A stretch of DNA of 64,000 nt, from assembly GCF_009914755.1 (NCBI RefSeq), contig NC_060933.1, one strand, 5' to 3'. Every line of letters starts with the position of its first letter. The first letter of the stretch is position 1. The translations under genes were made by a program, and so were the position numbers. The notes beneath the pieces are model-generated. The model worked only from the letters and a program-made list of their open reading frames with translations. It had not been told where the DNA came from and did not search any database. Shown piece after piece: positions 43,933 through 57,200 of this stretch. The DNA is from the human T2T-CHM13v2.0 reference genome, Homo sapiens.

Positions 43933-44763
43933 ACAATGAGAACACATGGACACAGGGAGGGTAACATCACACACCAGGGCCTGTTGAGGGGTGGGGGACT
44001 GAGGGAGGTATAGCATTAGGAGAAATACCTAATGTAAATGACGAGTTGATGGGTGTAGCAAACCAACATGCTACGTGTATACCTATGCAACAAACCTGCA
44101 CGTTGTGCACATGTACCCCAGAACTTAAAGTATAATTAAAAATAAATAAAAATAAATAAAATTATCCTTTGCAAAGAAAAAAAATTCTGTAAAATTCAGT
44201 TCCTAGTCTACTCCTGACACTTACTAATAAAAATCTTTTTAATGTAAAATTTAAAAAACTGTGACTTGCTCCACTATGCCTTCTGCCGTGATTGTGAGGC
44301 CTCCCCAGCCATGTGGAAATGTAAGTCCATTGAACCTCTCTTTCTTCTCAGTCTCTGGTATGTCTTTATCTGCAGTGTGAAAATGGACTAATACAGATAT
44401 GATACATTTCATCCCAACCCAAATCATACAAACAATTTCACAGATAGAATATATTCTTAAAGAATGAAAACAAGTTTATACAGTAAAAATTTAGAATTAG
44501 TTTGTATATAAGACATAATAAAGTTTGTTTTGCCCAATATATTGTTCTACCATTTTCTTCAATTTTTTAAACTTTGAGTTCATAATTATAATTATGCTTA
44601 ACTTAAATTACTTAAAAATAAATGTTATAGCACAATTCACCTTTACAGCAAAATACAGTGTAAATATGAAAGTGCTTCAAAGCATGTGAAAATAGCACAC
44701 ACACATAACAGAGCCTTAGAAGATGCTACCTACCTCTTCATTCCTTTCACTCTACCTAGGTAT

Positions 44764-45385
44764 CAGTAGTGTACCGGCAAATGTTTAATAACTGGTTCTC
44801 CAGAAAAAAAAATACATGCATACATAAGTTTATTACTGTTACTGCTATAAAGACTGAATTGCACACAATTTACATATAATAAGAAAATATACAATACTCT
44901 TTTACTGTAACTTTCACAGGGCTGATTGATTCTCAAATAATGCAGTAATTGGAATTTGCCTAACTCTTGTATCTGTAGCCAATCTGTGGTTCTAATTGAC
45001 AAAGGAGTGTAGGACAAACATGAATGTTTGTTAATATTTTATTTATATTTATGTTAATGAGTAAAGACAAAAGTGAAAGAAGACACATATAAAAACTTTC
45101 CATGATTATCAATTACAAATTCTTTTGCTGAACTGAACAATAATAGATTTTGAACATGGGAAAAAACTCCTCAATTTTTCTGTGTTATTCGCCATGTAAT
45201 AGTGATTATGTATGTACAGCATAATATTTCATCTCATAGATACAATATATGTAAATCTATTAAGAGGATAGGTAATAAAATGTAGTAAAATAATCAGGAA
45301 ATGATAACTTTGGGGTGTTTATTACCTTGTTTTCAGTATAATTTTTTAAGCTGTAAGTTTATACATTAAGTTTTTAAATGGCAAA
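44764..45385 (-). mobile_element. MER63-like hAT-Blackjack element
   Basis: 'cagtagtgtaccggcaaatgtttaataactggttctcc' is the antisense MER63 terminus; internal homology to the 46479-47465 copy. Confidence 0.7.
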
Positions 45386-46312
45386 AGTTAAAATTAAACT
45401 CTCAGTTCAAGAGATTAAGAAATACCCCAAAAATCCCTAAGAAAATAAAAAGAAACGATAAGAAAAGTAGAAGCAAATTAGAAAATAGAACAATAGATAA
45501 GTAAATCTAAGATCAGATTTTTTAAAGTAACATAATACATTACCACAAAAATAGCAAATCTAGTGGAGAAAAAAAGAAGAAAAAATACATTTATAAAATT
45601 AGGGAGAAGGCAGAGTAAATAAGAGCAGATTCACAGGTGTTTAAAAATATTGAAAATCATGATGAAATGATCATTTATGGAAAAGTAATATTTATTCAAA
45701 CTAAATCCAAATGGATACAGTGTGAACTGAAATACTACCTAGAAGAAACTTGAAATATTACAAAGAATGTCTTCTAAAATGTTTCTAAACCAGATGTGCC
45801 TTCCAATGAGACTTTCACATTTTCCAGAAATGTAATTTCCATACTGTATAAAATCTACTTCTGCTCATAGAAACAGATGGGAAGTTTTAAAATTAATTTT
45901 GAAAGGCCAGTGTAATCTTGAAAATAAAACCTTATAAGAACATAGAAGTAGCAAGAACATTATGAATGTTATTGTTGATTAGCAATAAAAAACAAAAATC
46001 CTAAATAAGCAAGTTGCAGTAATAAAATAATCCATTATGATTATAGACAATGCCAGGAATGAAAAGATAGTTCCTTAATGTGAAATATATTAGTAGAAAC
46101 ATTGTATAAATAGATCAAAAAAGGAAAAACAACCAATCATCTCAAAAGATAAGCAGTAGGCAACTGATAAAATGCAATATCAATTTTGGATTAATAGTAG
46201 TGACAACAATACAAAATTTCCAGCCAATTAAAAAATCTGTCTGTACTTCTTTAACATGAGTTAGACTACCCATCAAACAAAGGCAGATCCCACTATTGCT
46301 TAATATAATGTT

Positions 46313-46478
46313 ATTGTGGGTCTCAAAGTTTGATTCCCTGGACCAGCAGCATCAGCATCACCCCGGAAACTGTTAGAAATGCAAATTCTGTGACCCCACT
46401 CCAGTCCTACTAAATCAGAAACTCTGGGGGTGAGGGCGGAGTGGGGGTGGTTCGATCTATTTTTAAAAGCCTTTCAGA
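46313..46478. mobile_element. MER5A
   Basis: 'tctcaaagt...ggaccagcagcatcagcatcacc...gttagaaatgcaaattct...aatcagaaactctgggggtg'. Confidence 0.85.
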
Positions 46479-47465
46479 CAGTGAGGTGCTAGAGCTGGCA
46501 CATACTGGCTTCTGAAAGAAGCAAGTTGTGAAAAATTTAGGGATTTTGTAAGCCAGTTATTAAATACAGACATTATTTAAAAATTAAATACATAAACTTA
46601 CAAAGTATATTAAAACAAAAAATAATAAATACTTAAAATGTATTGCTACCTAATTATTTTTTCTATATGTTACTATTATCTAAGCTTGTGGAACTATTTA
46701 GCACTATTGTATCAGTATGGTAGGAATACTACACAGTTACGTGCTCTGCACTATCTTCCCAATTCTGCCTTCAGTGACTTCACATCGGTGGCTTGAAATT
46801 GCTCATGATGTGAATACTTACAGCACTGAAATTGGCAAACAGTAAAAATCAGGGTTTGAGGTTTTGTTTTGTAAATTGTCTAGATTGGGGCTGGCAAAAT
46901 GTTTCTGTAAAGGGCCAAATAATATTAATATCTTGGATTTTGCGGGACATACAATCTCTCAGCCAGAGCTGCCACGGTAGTGTGAAAGCCACTACAGACA
47001 ATCTATAAACAAATGAGTGTGACTATGCCCCAGTAAAACTTTATTTACAGAACAAACATTTAATCAAATTTTGCCCGTTGGCCATAGTTTGTTGACTTTT
47101 GACCTAGACTTTTAGAAATGATGAAGATAATGTTAATAATGCAAATTAAATTTAAAAGTATGATGTGAAAATACTCATTACATTGAGAAAAGCACAAAAA
47201 AAATGAGGAATATTTTTCCAGAATTAGAAAATGCATTTGATCCTGCAATTATTGCCAATTAAGTGAAGTTTCAACATACTTCTTCATTTTTTCATGTTAG
47301 TCTTTCACTGTAATGTATGTAAAGAAAAATGTCAAGTAACAGTCACATTAGAATGTTCGTTTATCAGTTGCAACCATAGGTTGACTAAAGGTACACAATT
47401 TTTGACAAAATTAACAAAAGCTTTCTGTATGAGTCAATTGGCTCTGTGGAATTTGCAAAGACGAA
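46479..47465 (+). mobile_element. MER63C/D-like element interrupted by MER58A
   Basis: 'cagtgaggtgctagagctggc...gtaagccagttattaaa...aaattggcaaac...tgcaaccataggttgact'. Confidence 0.75.
46886..47101 (-). mobile_element. MER58A
   Basis: 'ggcaaaatgtttctgtaaagggccaaata...taaaactttatttaca...ggccatagtttgttgac'; flanks gtctagat/acctagac. Confidence 0.8.
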
Positions 47466-48179
47466 TTTTGAGAATCACTGTTGTAGACAATAAGAAAAGA
47501 AAACAAAAGGAAATGAGATATGGCTATTGGTTGGAAGAATCAAAAAAATCATTATTTGTGGATGCCTGTATTTCCTGCATAGAAAATCCAAGAGTCAACT
47601 GAAAACTATAAGAACTAATAAGAAATTTTACCAAGATGGTCAGATTCAAAACAAAGAATGAAAAAGGCAGTAGGTTCCCTGTCAATCATGAAAAACCAGT
47701 TAGAAAATGCAAATGGGAAAAATAATTAATAATTACAAAACTCACAATAAATCTATATTTTATAATACAAGTAAGCTTCAAGAAGTGTGTAATATTTACA
47801 TTTAAAAGTTTACCAACACTCATGAAAAAGATTTATGTAAATGGAGAAAAAATCAATATTTCTGAAAAAAATCCAAAGTTTATTGTTTTTTCAATCAGTA
47901 TATCAACAGAATTTTTGGGAAACTTGACAGTATGATTTTAATATTTCCTAAAAGAATAGAAGAGCAAAAATTTAAGAGAGTAATTAACGGGAATAAAGGG
48001 GAAGGGTGTAAGACTTTAATAGATTTTAAATGCACTGAAAACTTATAATTTAAATAGCACAAAAATTGTCAAAGAATGGCTGAATGTGAAATCAAATACA
48101 AATAATAACTGAAAGCTACCACTCTTTGCTTAATTAGCAAAGTTCCAAATTTTTATAGTGAAAAAATATATTTGAAGGA

Positions 48180-49230
48180 AAAGTAAAGTATACAGAATTC
48201 TAGAAAGCAAAAGGGAGTTTTCCACCACACCCCTCATCTCCCCACCCCACCTACCTGCCATTAACACACCCATTCCCCAAGGTAGTCACTTGCGAAAGCT
48301 CAAAATCACGTGTTTTCCACCCATTCCACACATGTGTGCATGCATTATACTTACATATCTCTAAGTATGTTCTTCATATAAATGGCATCATAGCATATAC
48401 ATTATTCTGTCACTTGCTCTTTTTAATTACTGGTAGTTGACATTTTTTATACTGATACATTTATGTCATCTTTTCTAATGTTATTATAGTTTTCAGCTGT
48501 ATGTTCATACCACAACTCATTTATTTTGTGCTACTTTAATGAGTATTTAGGCAGTTTCCAGAGTGTTGCTACTGCTATCTATGCTGTAACCAATACGCTT
48601 ATACATATACACATATACATATATATTTTGAAGAACAATCATACAGCCCAGTTCAGAGCAAATTCTTCGATGTGACATTACTGGGTCAAATGATGTGTGC
48701 ATTTAAAATTTTCACAGATATTGCCAAATAGAATCAAAGAGGTTTTACAACAATTTTTATTTTTACCATCAGTATATAATGATTCATTTTTACCCTAAGA
48801 AATCATCAGTCATTTTGTCATTGCTGATATGGTTGGTGAAAATACGCCTGTAATTTTAATTTCCATTGCTTTAAAGTTAGGTTGAATGTCTTATCATATA
48901 TTTATAAACTACTTTTTTCTGTGTGTTACTTATTCATGTTTCTAATTCTCTCTGGAATTGTTTTATTTATAATTTTCTTCCTATATCAAGGAAATTATCC
49001 TTTCATGCTAATGTGTTTTGTAAATATGCTTTTGTGCCTTTACTATGGTGAGTATTCTTGCATTAGAAATTTTAGTTTCAGATAATAAAATATAATTGCT
49101 CAAGCAGGCTTCCGCATTCAAAGATTATGTTTTGCAAATTATCTGTAATTTCTCCTGTTATTTTTATAGTTTCATTCTTGTAAATAACTCTAATTTATTG
49201 TTAATTTATGTTATATAAAATGTTACTTAT
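48180..49230 (-). mobile_element. L1ME-like 3' region
   Basis: 'aaatggcatcatagcatatacattattctgtcacttgct', 'attactgggtcaaa', 'atattgccaaat'. Confidence 0.65.
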
Positions 49231-49244
49231 AGATTCAACTTCTC

Positions 49245-49830
49245 TGGCACAACATTTGTTCAAATTCTTGCGAGTTGTTAAAAGAGATTTAATCATGATC
49301 AAAAATATATGCAGATTCCTGTGTCAAGGGGCTTACAGTCTAGTGGGGGAGACTTCCAATAACTACACATTCCCATCAGAATTGAGATCCATCCTAGAAG
49401 CGAAGGGTATATAATACCTTTAGTAAATAAAAACATACAATTGGCATCAAGGAAGCCTCCCCAAAGCATTTGAGCAGAAATCAGAAAGAATGTGCTCTAG
49501 TTAAGAGATTTGGTTGCATGGGGAAGGGAGCCTTCCAGACATAGCCTGAATGAAACTGTGTGGGAAGAGTATAGCATGTCCAGATAACTGCAAGGAGAAC
49601 AGAGAGACCAGGTGGAAGAGCTAGGGCAACAGTGGCAAGAGATGTGCCTGCAAATGTCAGCAAGGGCCAGATCAGGAAGGTTGAAATTTATGGTAAGAAT
49701 TCTAATTTTTATCTTAACAGCAAGAAGTGGCCTGTTAAGAATTTTAGGCTGGATGATGATATAATCACTTTTGTATTTTGCAAAGATTATTCTTACCACA
49801 ATGAAGAAAAATGGATATGAGAAGGCCAAT
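49245..49830 (-). mobile_element. L2 fragment
   Basis: 'tcaaggggcttacagtctagtgggggagac', 'agggccagatcagg', 'ttttgtattttgcaaagattattc'. Confidence 0.7.
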
Positions 49831-49953
49831 TTACCATAGCCCTCCTGAATAAGGAAACAGATAAAAGCTCTCTCTCCTTTATAGAATGCCCATTAAATGC
49901 CAAGCAGTTTACATGAATTATTTTATAGATTTGTAATAGTCATATGTTAGATA

Positions 49954-50398
49954 CTGCATTGTTTCCTTCAGGCTAAACTGCTGCAGCAAGAAAACACTAA
50001 AATGAGGAGTTTCAAGAACAGCGTTTATTTTCCTCTCACAAAACAGCCCAACGAGTGTTTCCGCTCATGAGGCAGTGCTGTGGCATGCAGCCATTCAGAG
50101 ATAAGACCCCTTCCTTCTTGTCTCTCCACATCCCAAATTGCATTGTCTTGTACATGTGCTGAAGGCTACACCACCAAGTTTGGATTCCAGCCACCAAGAT
50201 GGAGAGTGTGGACATAGGAGTCCCACTGTTTTAAATGCACTAGACCAGAACTGGTACACACCCTCTCTGCATATTCTACTGATGAGATTCTAACCACACA
50301 GAAGCTCATCGCTGCAAAGGAAGCTGGGAAATATAGTCTAGCTTTGAGCCCAGGAAGGAGATACAGAGGTTTATGAATAGTTAACAGCCTCTGCCCTA
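49954..50398 (-). mobile_element. Old MLT1 (J/K-like) LTR nested in a MIR
   Basis: 'tttattttcctctcaca', 'ctgcaaaggaagctgggaaatatagtctagct'; MIR resumes at ~50420 'atcagagaagttaaataactttcccaaagtcacacag'. Confidence 0.65.
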
Positions 50399-50657
50399 GT
50401 TAAGGATTGCCTATAAAAGCATGAGGAGAGTGAAGATCAGAGAAGTTAAATAACTTTCCCAAAGTCACACAGGAGAAAGTGGCTGGATCAAAATTCAATC
50501 ACTCACCTATCTGATTCCAGATTTTTTATCTTTTACTATACAGCTGAATTTCCCACCTCTCTAACCTCCCTGCCTCCATACCCTCCTCTCAGCTCTTAAG
50601 AATTCATAATCTAAAGTGCGGGAACAGAATTGGCCCCCTTCCCTTGAACTCTCTACA

Positions 50658-50869
50658 GTGTGGGTTGGTAAGCTACAGCTATCAGGCCAATTCAGCCTGC
50701 TGCTTATATTTGTAAATAAAGTTTTATTGGACCACAGGCTAGCACATTCTTTTACATATCGTCTATGGCACCTTTTATGCCAAGATGGCAGTGTGAAGTA
50801 GTTTCAACAGGACTGCAAAGCTGAAAGCATTTATTGCTTGGCCCTTTACACAAAGTTTGATGACCCCTG
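50658..50869 (+). mobile_element. MER58A
   Basis: 'tttgtaaataaagttttattggaccacag...ggccctttacacaaagtttgatgacccctg'. Confidence 0.8.
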
Positions 50870-53181
50870 CTGTAGACTACTTTTTGTTCATCAAAATGCG
50901 CTTTTTCCCTCAGGGAGTATTTGTTAAATACGCTGTAAACTTTTATAACATAAATAGGAAATTATGAGATCTCCACTTGCTCAACAAAGAGGCTGAATTG
51001 CAACTTACCAAATAAAGAAGGAATTCCAGGATGAAGCCATTTAAGAGAAGAAATAAATGTTAAAATAAGCATTTCAAACAGGACCAAAGAGAGGCAGTAT
51101 CAGTGCCATGCTGAAAGGCAACAGAGTAACTGTAAGAATAACAGAAACACATTCTGGAGCCGTTCCCTTTATACAGTGTTGATAAAATTTGTTAATACCA
51201 TATGTTAGTCTTATGGAGGGAGGCATGGTCTGACTATGAATTTTGGAATTTTACCAGCAAACTTGTAAGATCTGAAGTCACAGATTTGCTGAACTGCTCA
51301 TCTCCGTGCAGTCTGTGGCTGAAGGTTAAAGAAGGAGAACAAGAGGGAAGGAGTAAAGCTGTTCTGCGTGCAGCTTGAGTTGAGTGAGGCTGGACAGGAC
51401 ACGTTCTTGTCAATCTCAACAGTTTTACGTGTCAACATTTAAATGGAGGAAAATGCTGCTTCCTTTGTAGATTTTTTTGTTTAATTAAATTGGATTTTAA
51501 CAAAGAGTGATCTGATTGGCTGTCAAGCTATCATCTAGCTGTGAGATTAACAGGACCATAGCCACTAATTGGGACTTGTTAGGTACATCATCATTCATCA
51601 AATCAGTATGCCCATGAAAGGGAAGAAAATAAGCAGAAAGATCTTTCTGTGGACCTAATTTTGCTCCCACTTTTTGGACGTGATACCTAATAGGTTCATT
51701 GTATTTCAGTCTTTGTGCTATGGCTTCTATATGGTTTGTCTTTAGTTCTTCACGTCAAATGAAAGCCTGGGGAACCAGGACTTCTTCATTTCCTTATTTC
51801 TGATGCCAAAACCTGACCCCAATTTAATGTGGGATACAGGGAAGCAAGGGAAATGGTATTCATTTCATGGATCAGAAGACTTGTGTAGCTGGACCCCCAC
51901 CTCCCATGAGCCGTGAATTCTGATTCTTAAGATATCTATTTCCCCAGAATCAGAGGGCAGAACGAGAAATTTCCAGAGTTATTGAAAGATTAGTTATTTC
52001 CCACTTTGTGTCAAAAAGAATCCACTGCAGTTGCTGAACCCCAAGTGCCCATACTTCCAGCAAAGCATTTTCCTCAGCATATGGTACCAGGCCCTGAGTT
52101 GGAAGCTTGTAGTGTTTTCTTAAAGCTATGAGAAGTGATAAAAAGAATCCCAGTGTCCTTCATCCTCAAATGCTTGTCATAAATGCACTGCTTTAGGGGG
52201 AGCATATGCAGTTCTCAACACAACTCCTTTTCATCCTCTTACTTATTAGAGATCAATTTTTGTCCTTCGTTTTCTTCCCCAGCTCCCAACCCCTGCTTCA
52301 TTGGAATGCTTCAGGGCTTGAATTATTGTAGCATAATTCATGCCCAGATGCTGTAGGGGTACTTGGCCTTCAGGTTTGTGCCTAGCTACACCAAAGGCAT
52401 GAGTTATTACACAATAATTCACGTCATGTCATGTCTTATTGCTTAATTAACTTTCCTATCAGAGTAACACATTTTTGCATCAGCAAATGTGGTGCCCTCA
52501 TATGACTTAAAAGCATTCCTTTATTTTATGCTAGTGGGTCAGGAATACTGTGGGACAATTTATTAGAGGTGAGTTGAATCTCAGGGCTAGAATAAAACCT
52601 ATCACCTTTTACGTAAATAAAATGTCAAAACTGCCCTCTGGATTAGGGGAAATGAAAAGTCAGGACTGTTAGTCTTTGTACCATATTGAGAAGAGGAGTT
52701 ACTTCCTGGGATTTGTACTGACAAAAAGTAGAATAGTGTTGGTGGGGTTTTTTTCCATGTCCAATAACATAACTGTTCCAATTTCGAAACATCTGCTATC
52801 CTGTTGTGTGTGTGTGTGTATGTTTTTTTTTTAACTGGTTTTAGGTCTGCAGGTGCAATTGCAAGGGATAAAACATCTGTGGTTTGCCTTAGAAAATGAA
52901 GAGAAATATATGCAAAACTGGCAGATGATATCAGCTGCCACTAAGTAACAACCGTCACAGTATTTATTCTATAGCCTCACAAACTCACAAATCGGGAATC
53001 CATACTTTAGGATTTTTCCCAGCTGCATGTTCCAAGCTTATGTTCTGTCCACAGATCAGGAGAAAACTGTACATTTACTTTTAACTTCTCAGACTCAATT
53101 CACTCTCCGCCTATCAAATAAACTGTTTGCTCCCCTGTGCCAAAGAGAAGTACAAGTTACATCCTCAATTCTGTAGGAAAT

Positions 53182-53721
53182 TGCTTTGTGTTCTTTTATG
53201 TGATGGTCAGTCAAGAGTGGCCACAAGAGGAGACAGGAGAGGCTCAGGAAAGAAGAAACTTTATTATATTCACAGATCCTAGAGAGAGGAGGCACAGCAC
53301 ACCGTGTAGTGCTATGTGGGAAAGACACCAGGGTGAGCAGGAGGCAGAAGACAGGAGTGAGGGGAAAGTTTAGACAAGAGCCTTTAACTGAGATTTTCAA
53401 GGGAAAGACAAGGCAATGCAGCATAAAGAGTTTCACATTGGCTAGTTTGAATAGTTTTGGTGGGCTCTAAGCTATAATGGTGGTCTTAGTTGTCTGGTAC
53501 CTGGCCCTGGGATGATTAAGGCAGAAAAATATTGCCTCCTGGAGTGTACAAACTGGACAGAAGAGGGATGGCTCTATATTAGTTTGCATATTGAAGTCAT
53601 GCTCAGCAGAGTCCTAGCAGTCTTTAAAAATTGGCTAGCCCCCTACCTCCACCACAGGGCAGGCTATTCTGAGCAAGAAAGTATTTTTAAGATGTCGAAA
53701 CATCGTAATATAAAAACTACA
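53182..53721 (-). mobile_element. ERVL solo LTR of the MER74/LTR53 group
   Basis: Reverse complement starts 'tgtagtttttatattacgatgtttcgacatctt', contains 'ggctagccaat', 'atatgcaaac', 'atcatcccagggccaggtacc', ends 'accatcacataaaagaacaca'. Confidence 0.65.
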
Positions 53722-53999
53722 CAAACACGCATATATAATATTTCAATGTAGGTGCAATAACAATTGTGGTTGATAAGACAGGTTTGTCTCACTTACTGGT
53801 GACCAGCAGGAAAAAACAGTGCTGAGGGGAGCTAGCTGGTTAGCCATAATGAGGTCGTGCCAGTCCCGAAGGTCCTTACTTTATAAACTTGAGGAGTACT
53901 AGGAATGAAGAGAAAAGTTCCCATTAGTCACTAAAATGGCCTTCAACTTTGAGGGGAGAAAAATTTCACTACAAGAGATCATCCTTAGCCATATAGATT

Positions 54000-54205
54000 C
54001 AGTGGAAGGAACACAGAATTTGAAATTAGAATTTGGAACAGACTTTCATCTGAACCCTAGAACAACCACAGGCTGACTACATGACTTTAGGCAAATTATT
54101 TAATATGTCCAAACCTCAATTTCTTTAACCATGATATAGGGCAAATAATTACTATCTTGAGGGTTTAAGATGATAATTAAATGAGATATGTTCAAAATAT
54201 TGTAA
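54000..54205 (+). mobile_element. MIR
   Basis: 'catgactttaggcaaattatttaa...cctcaatttctt...attaaatgagat'. Confidence 0.7.
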
Positions 54206-57200
54206 TTATCATAATTACCTTGATCACCAATAAAAGAGCATAAACAACTATTCTTTATATTCTTTAATAATGAGTTTATGCAGAAAGGGAAAATGGCCCA
54301 TGAAAAACATTTCCCATGAAGTTTGATATTTATGAGCAAATGGCATGGTTCTATGAACAAACACTGACAATGTGAATCGGGCAGTGTTTGCTTGTTGGAG
54401 AGGAAGAGAGTCCACCTCATCACACTTCCCAAAGATCTAATGCATTGATAAGTTAGGAATATCAGAGGGGTGGCAACTAGGGAGACTGAATTTCTATGTT
54501 TGGGCCCCAAGTAAAAATGTAGGCTTCACCCTGAAGGCAGTGAAAGAGTGTGGTTATACTGAGGGTTATGATCTCAGTCCTTGGAAAAGCAGGCATTATG
54601 TGGAAGAAGAAAGCAAATAAAAATAATATCAGGAGACCAGGTATGTGTTGGGGCAGATCCTGTAGAGACTGAGAATTTGGCAAAGTGTCTTCTCATGTCT
54701 CAGTTCAGAATGAAGCTGCTTTCCTCTGAAATAATTCTTTCAGGGAGCCATAAATCTGATTAACCACCTAGTAGTCATTTATACTTTAGTATGAATTCTT
54801 ACATTCAAGTGCATTCAACTGGTACCCTCCAAATACCACAGTGAGAGAAGAATTTTGATGGGAGGTATTGAAAAAAAGGGTTAATTCTGCAATACAAATA
54901 ATTTTTAAGCTGTTTCTCATGCAAACTCCCATGCAAGAAGGGAATCACATAGTGGGAGATCATAATTTCCAGCTGCTAGAGACAGATGCATTCAGTTTAT
55001 GGATTTATCCATAGCAAATATGGAGATTGAAGTCAAGCTGAGAAGGCAGCTGTTGCTGAGGAGATGGCCAAGTAGGAGTGAAATCAAAGATGTGTCCAAT
55101 CCCATTGCTGGATCAGAGAGGGAGCATGTCAACTGGGGTGCAAGATAGAATGAAGGAAAGGGTGCTAAGGGCTCTAAATTTGGGAGATGAGTGCCAAACA
55201 AATGGATGCCGAGCAGATGGTTTTTAATTACTAAGCCTGGGTCTTTCTGCAGCCACAGGTCTTTCTATAGTCACAACAGTACTATTGGTGATAATTAGCC
55301 CTCTGGGACATTGCAAGTGGGAGATTGTTCTGGATAGAGCCACTTGGTGGAGGTCTGCCTAACAGAGAAACTATTGAAGGACACTGGTCATGTAGGGAAG
55401 AATAAGACATCAAAAAACCTAGGATGGGGTCTTCAAAGTGTTAGTAACCTACAGCTAATTGAGTCTTTTAAAAAATAATCTCACTAAACAGAAACTCTTA
55501 CATTAAAGGTAAGTGACCTTGGAGCTTGGGACTGCAATTGGTATTTAATTACCAAAGCTGGGTTTTGCTGACTCGTTTATTGGCTACATCTCATTTATCG
55601 GCTCCAAATATCAAATGGGTCCCAGCAATAATAAAGGTCCCTGACTTCCCTGGTCTCCTTTGGCCTGGAATAAGTAAGCTGGAGCAAGAGGACAAAATTG
55701 AGTGTGGTGTGAGATGACCTAAACAAGGCTCTCCAACTGAGAGATCTTGCTTCTCAATGAGAGTGAAAGCATTAGCTTCACAGGCAAGGAGAAGCTGTGT
55801 GCAAGGGAATCAGACACATTTAGCCAATCCCTGCTAACTCCCAGCTTTTCCTGCGAGTCAGAAATCTTAAAAAAAAAATTATCCCCAAGGCCAGTTGTCT
55901 ATGTGTACAAATAAATGTGTATGAGGAAGTGTGTCCTTACACATGTATGATCACACACTGGCCCTCAAAGAAACTCAACAAACTTTGCTAATGCCATCTA
56001 ACCAGAGATGGGCGAGCCAGCCGCTTCCTACCATTACACAAGGGCATTGGAGCAGTGCTTACCCTCTGGGGATGACCTGGTGGTGCCCTCCAGACCACAG
56101 CAGCTGCTGCCTCTGAAGCTAAGCGCTACCGTCTCATTTTCTTTGCATCATCAGCACACAGCTGCCCTCCATCATCCCACTGGGGAGGGAGGGGAGCGTC
56201 TTCTTAAAGAAGGGACATCAGCTGTGCCCACTCTCCTCTGGCTTCACCCACATTCCACAGCTACTCTCAATAGTGCTCACTCAACCACCTCTAACTGGCT
56301 CTTGGCAGCAAGTCCTGGCCAAGTTTCTAACCACAGCTGTTCCACCTAGAGCATAGCTGGTCGGTCAGAGAATGGCCTAAAACAGCTGCATAACTCAGGA
56401 TAGGCTGGAGGAGAAGAAAAGTTTGTGGGAACCCAAGGTTTGGTGAAGATGTGTGCATTTGATAGGCACGTGCTTCTGTTTGTAGGTATAGATGAGTTGG
56501 AGGGGTGTAAGATCATGTGAGGACAGCTGTGTGCGTATCCAATGGGTGTGGGGATGGCCAAAGGTATATGTGGTTGATTATTTGTGGAATGGGTAATGTA
56601 CGTACGGTATTAGATCTGGCTCTTAAAAATTAGCAAGCCAAGTTGAATTTAGGTATGTCAAGATGATCTTCCAAATATTTCTAGAGCACCATACATTTAC
56701 GTTAGTCTCATTGTTTATAAGGTTCAGGCATGTCAAGTGAGCTGTTTAAAGAACATCTAAGCCTTTATTTATATAAATCAGGGCTTTTTAGTGTAGCCAA
56801 AGACTTCGGGTGTTGCTCAGAGGTTCCTGAGCCCTCTTTGAAGCCCTCTGCCTAAACTCACCATTGAAGATTAAGTTTATCCAGAAACACCACTTGTTAG
56901 AGCACAGTTGCTCAGATGCCTGATGACACCAGCCACATGGCTGTATAATGTTGGATGCTCAAGCCACCAATAGACATCCATCTGAACTTAATTGCCCCCT
57001 ACCAGAATTTGGTCCTGGTTACCTTATTTTCTGCTTCCTCACCACTCCACAGCTGAAACTAGCGACAACACCCACTTTACCCTCCCACCCTGACCCTGAC
57101 TCCTGCCCAATTTGAGTCCTGGTATCAAGCATGGTGTTAATTCTGGGGGACACCCACACTTGATCTTCTTTTAGATTCCATGTCCCCACTTGTTGATTGT

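Larger units (their letters stand above)
45400..48120 (+). mobile_element. Very old L1M ORF2 fragments interrupted by DNA transposons
   Basis: A-rich; ORF 47294-47602 ends EESKKSLFVDACISCIENP (degenerate [16 protein letters not shown]). Confidence 0.65.

Noticed and set aside
52803-52860. (TG)n-(T)n tract followed by ttttag/ctgcag, resembling a CFTR-type splice acceptor
   Set aside because: No convincing downstream donor or reading frame; likely a simple repeat
54100-54510. 136-aa minus-strand ORF
   Set aside because: Overlaps a MIR; non-ATG start; no protein-like features
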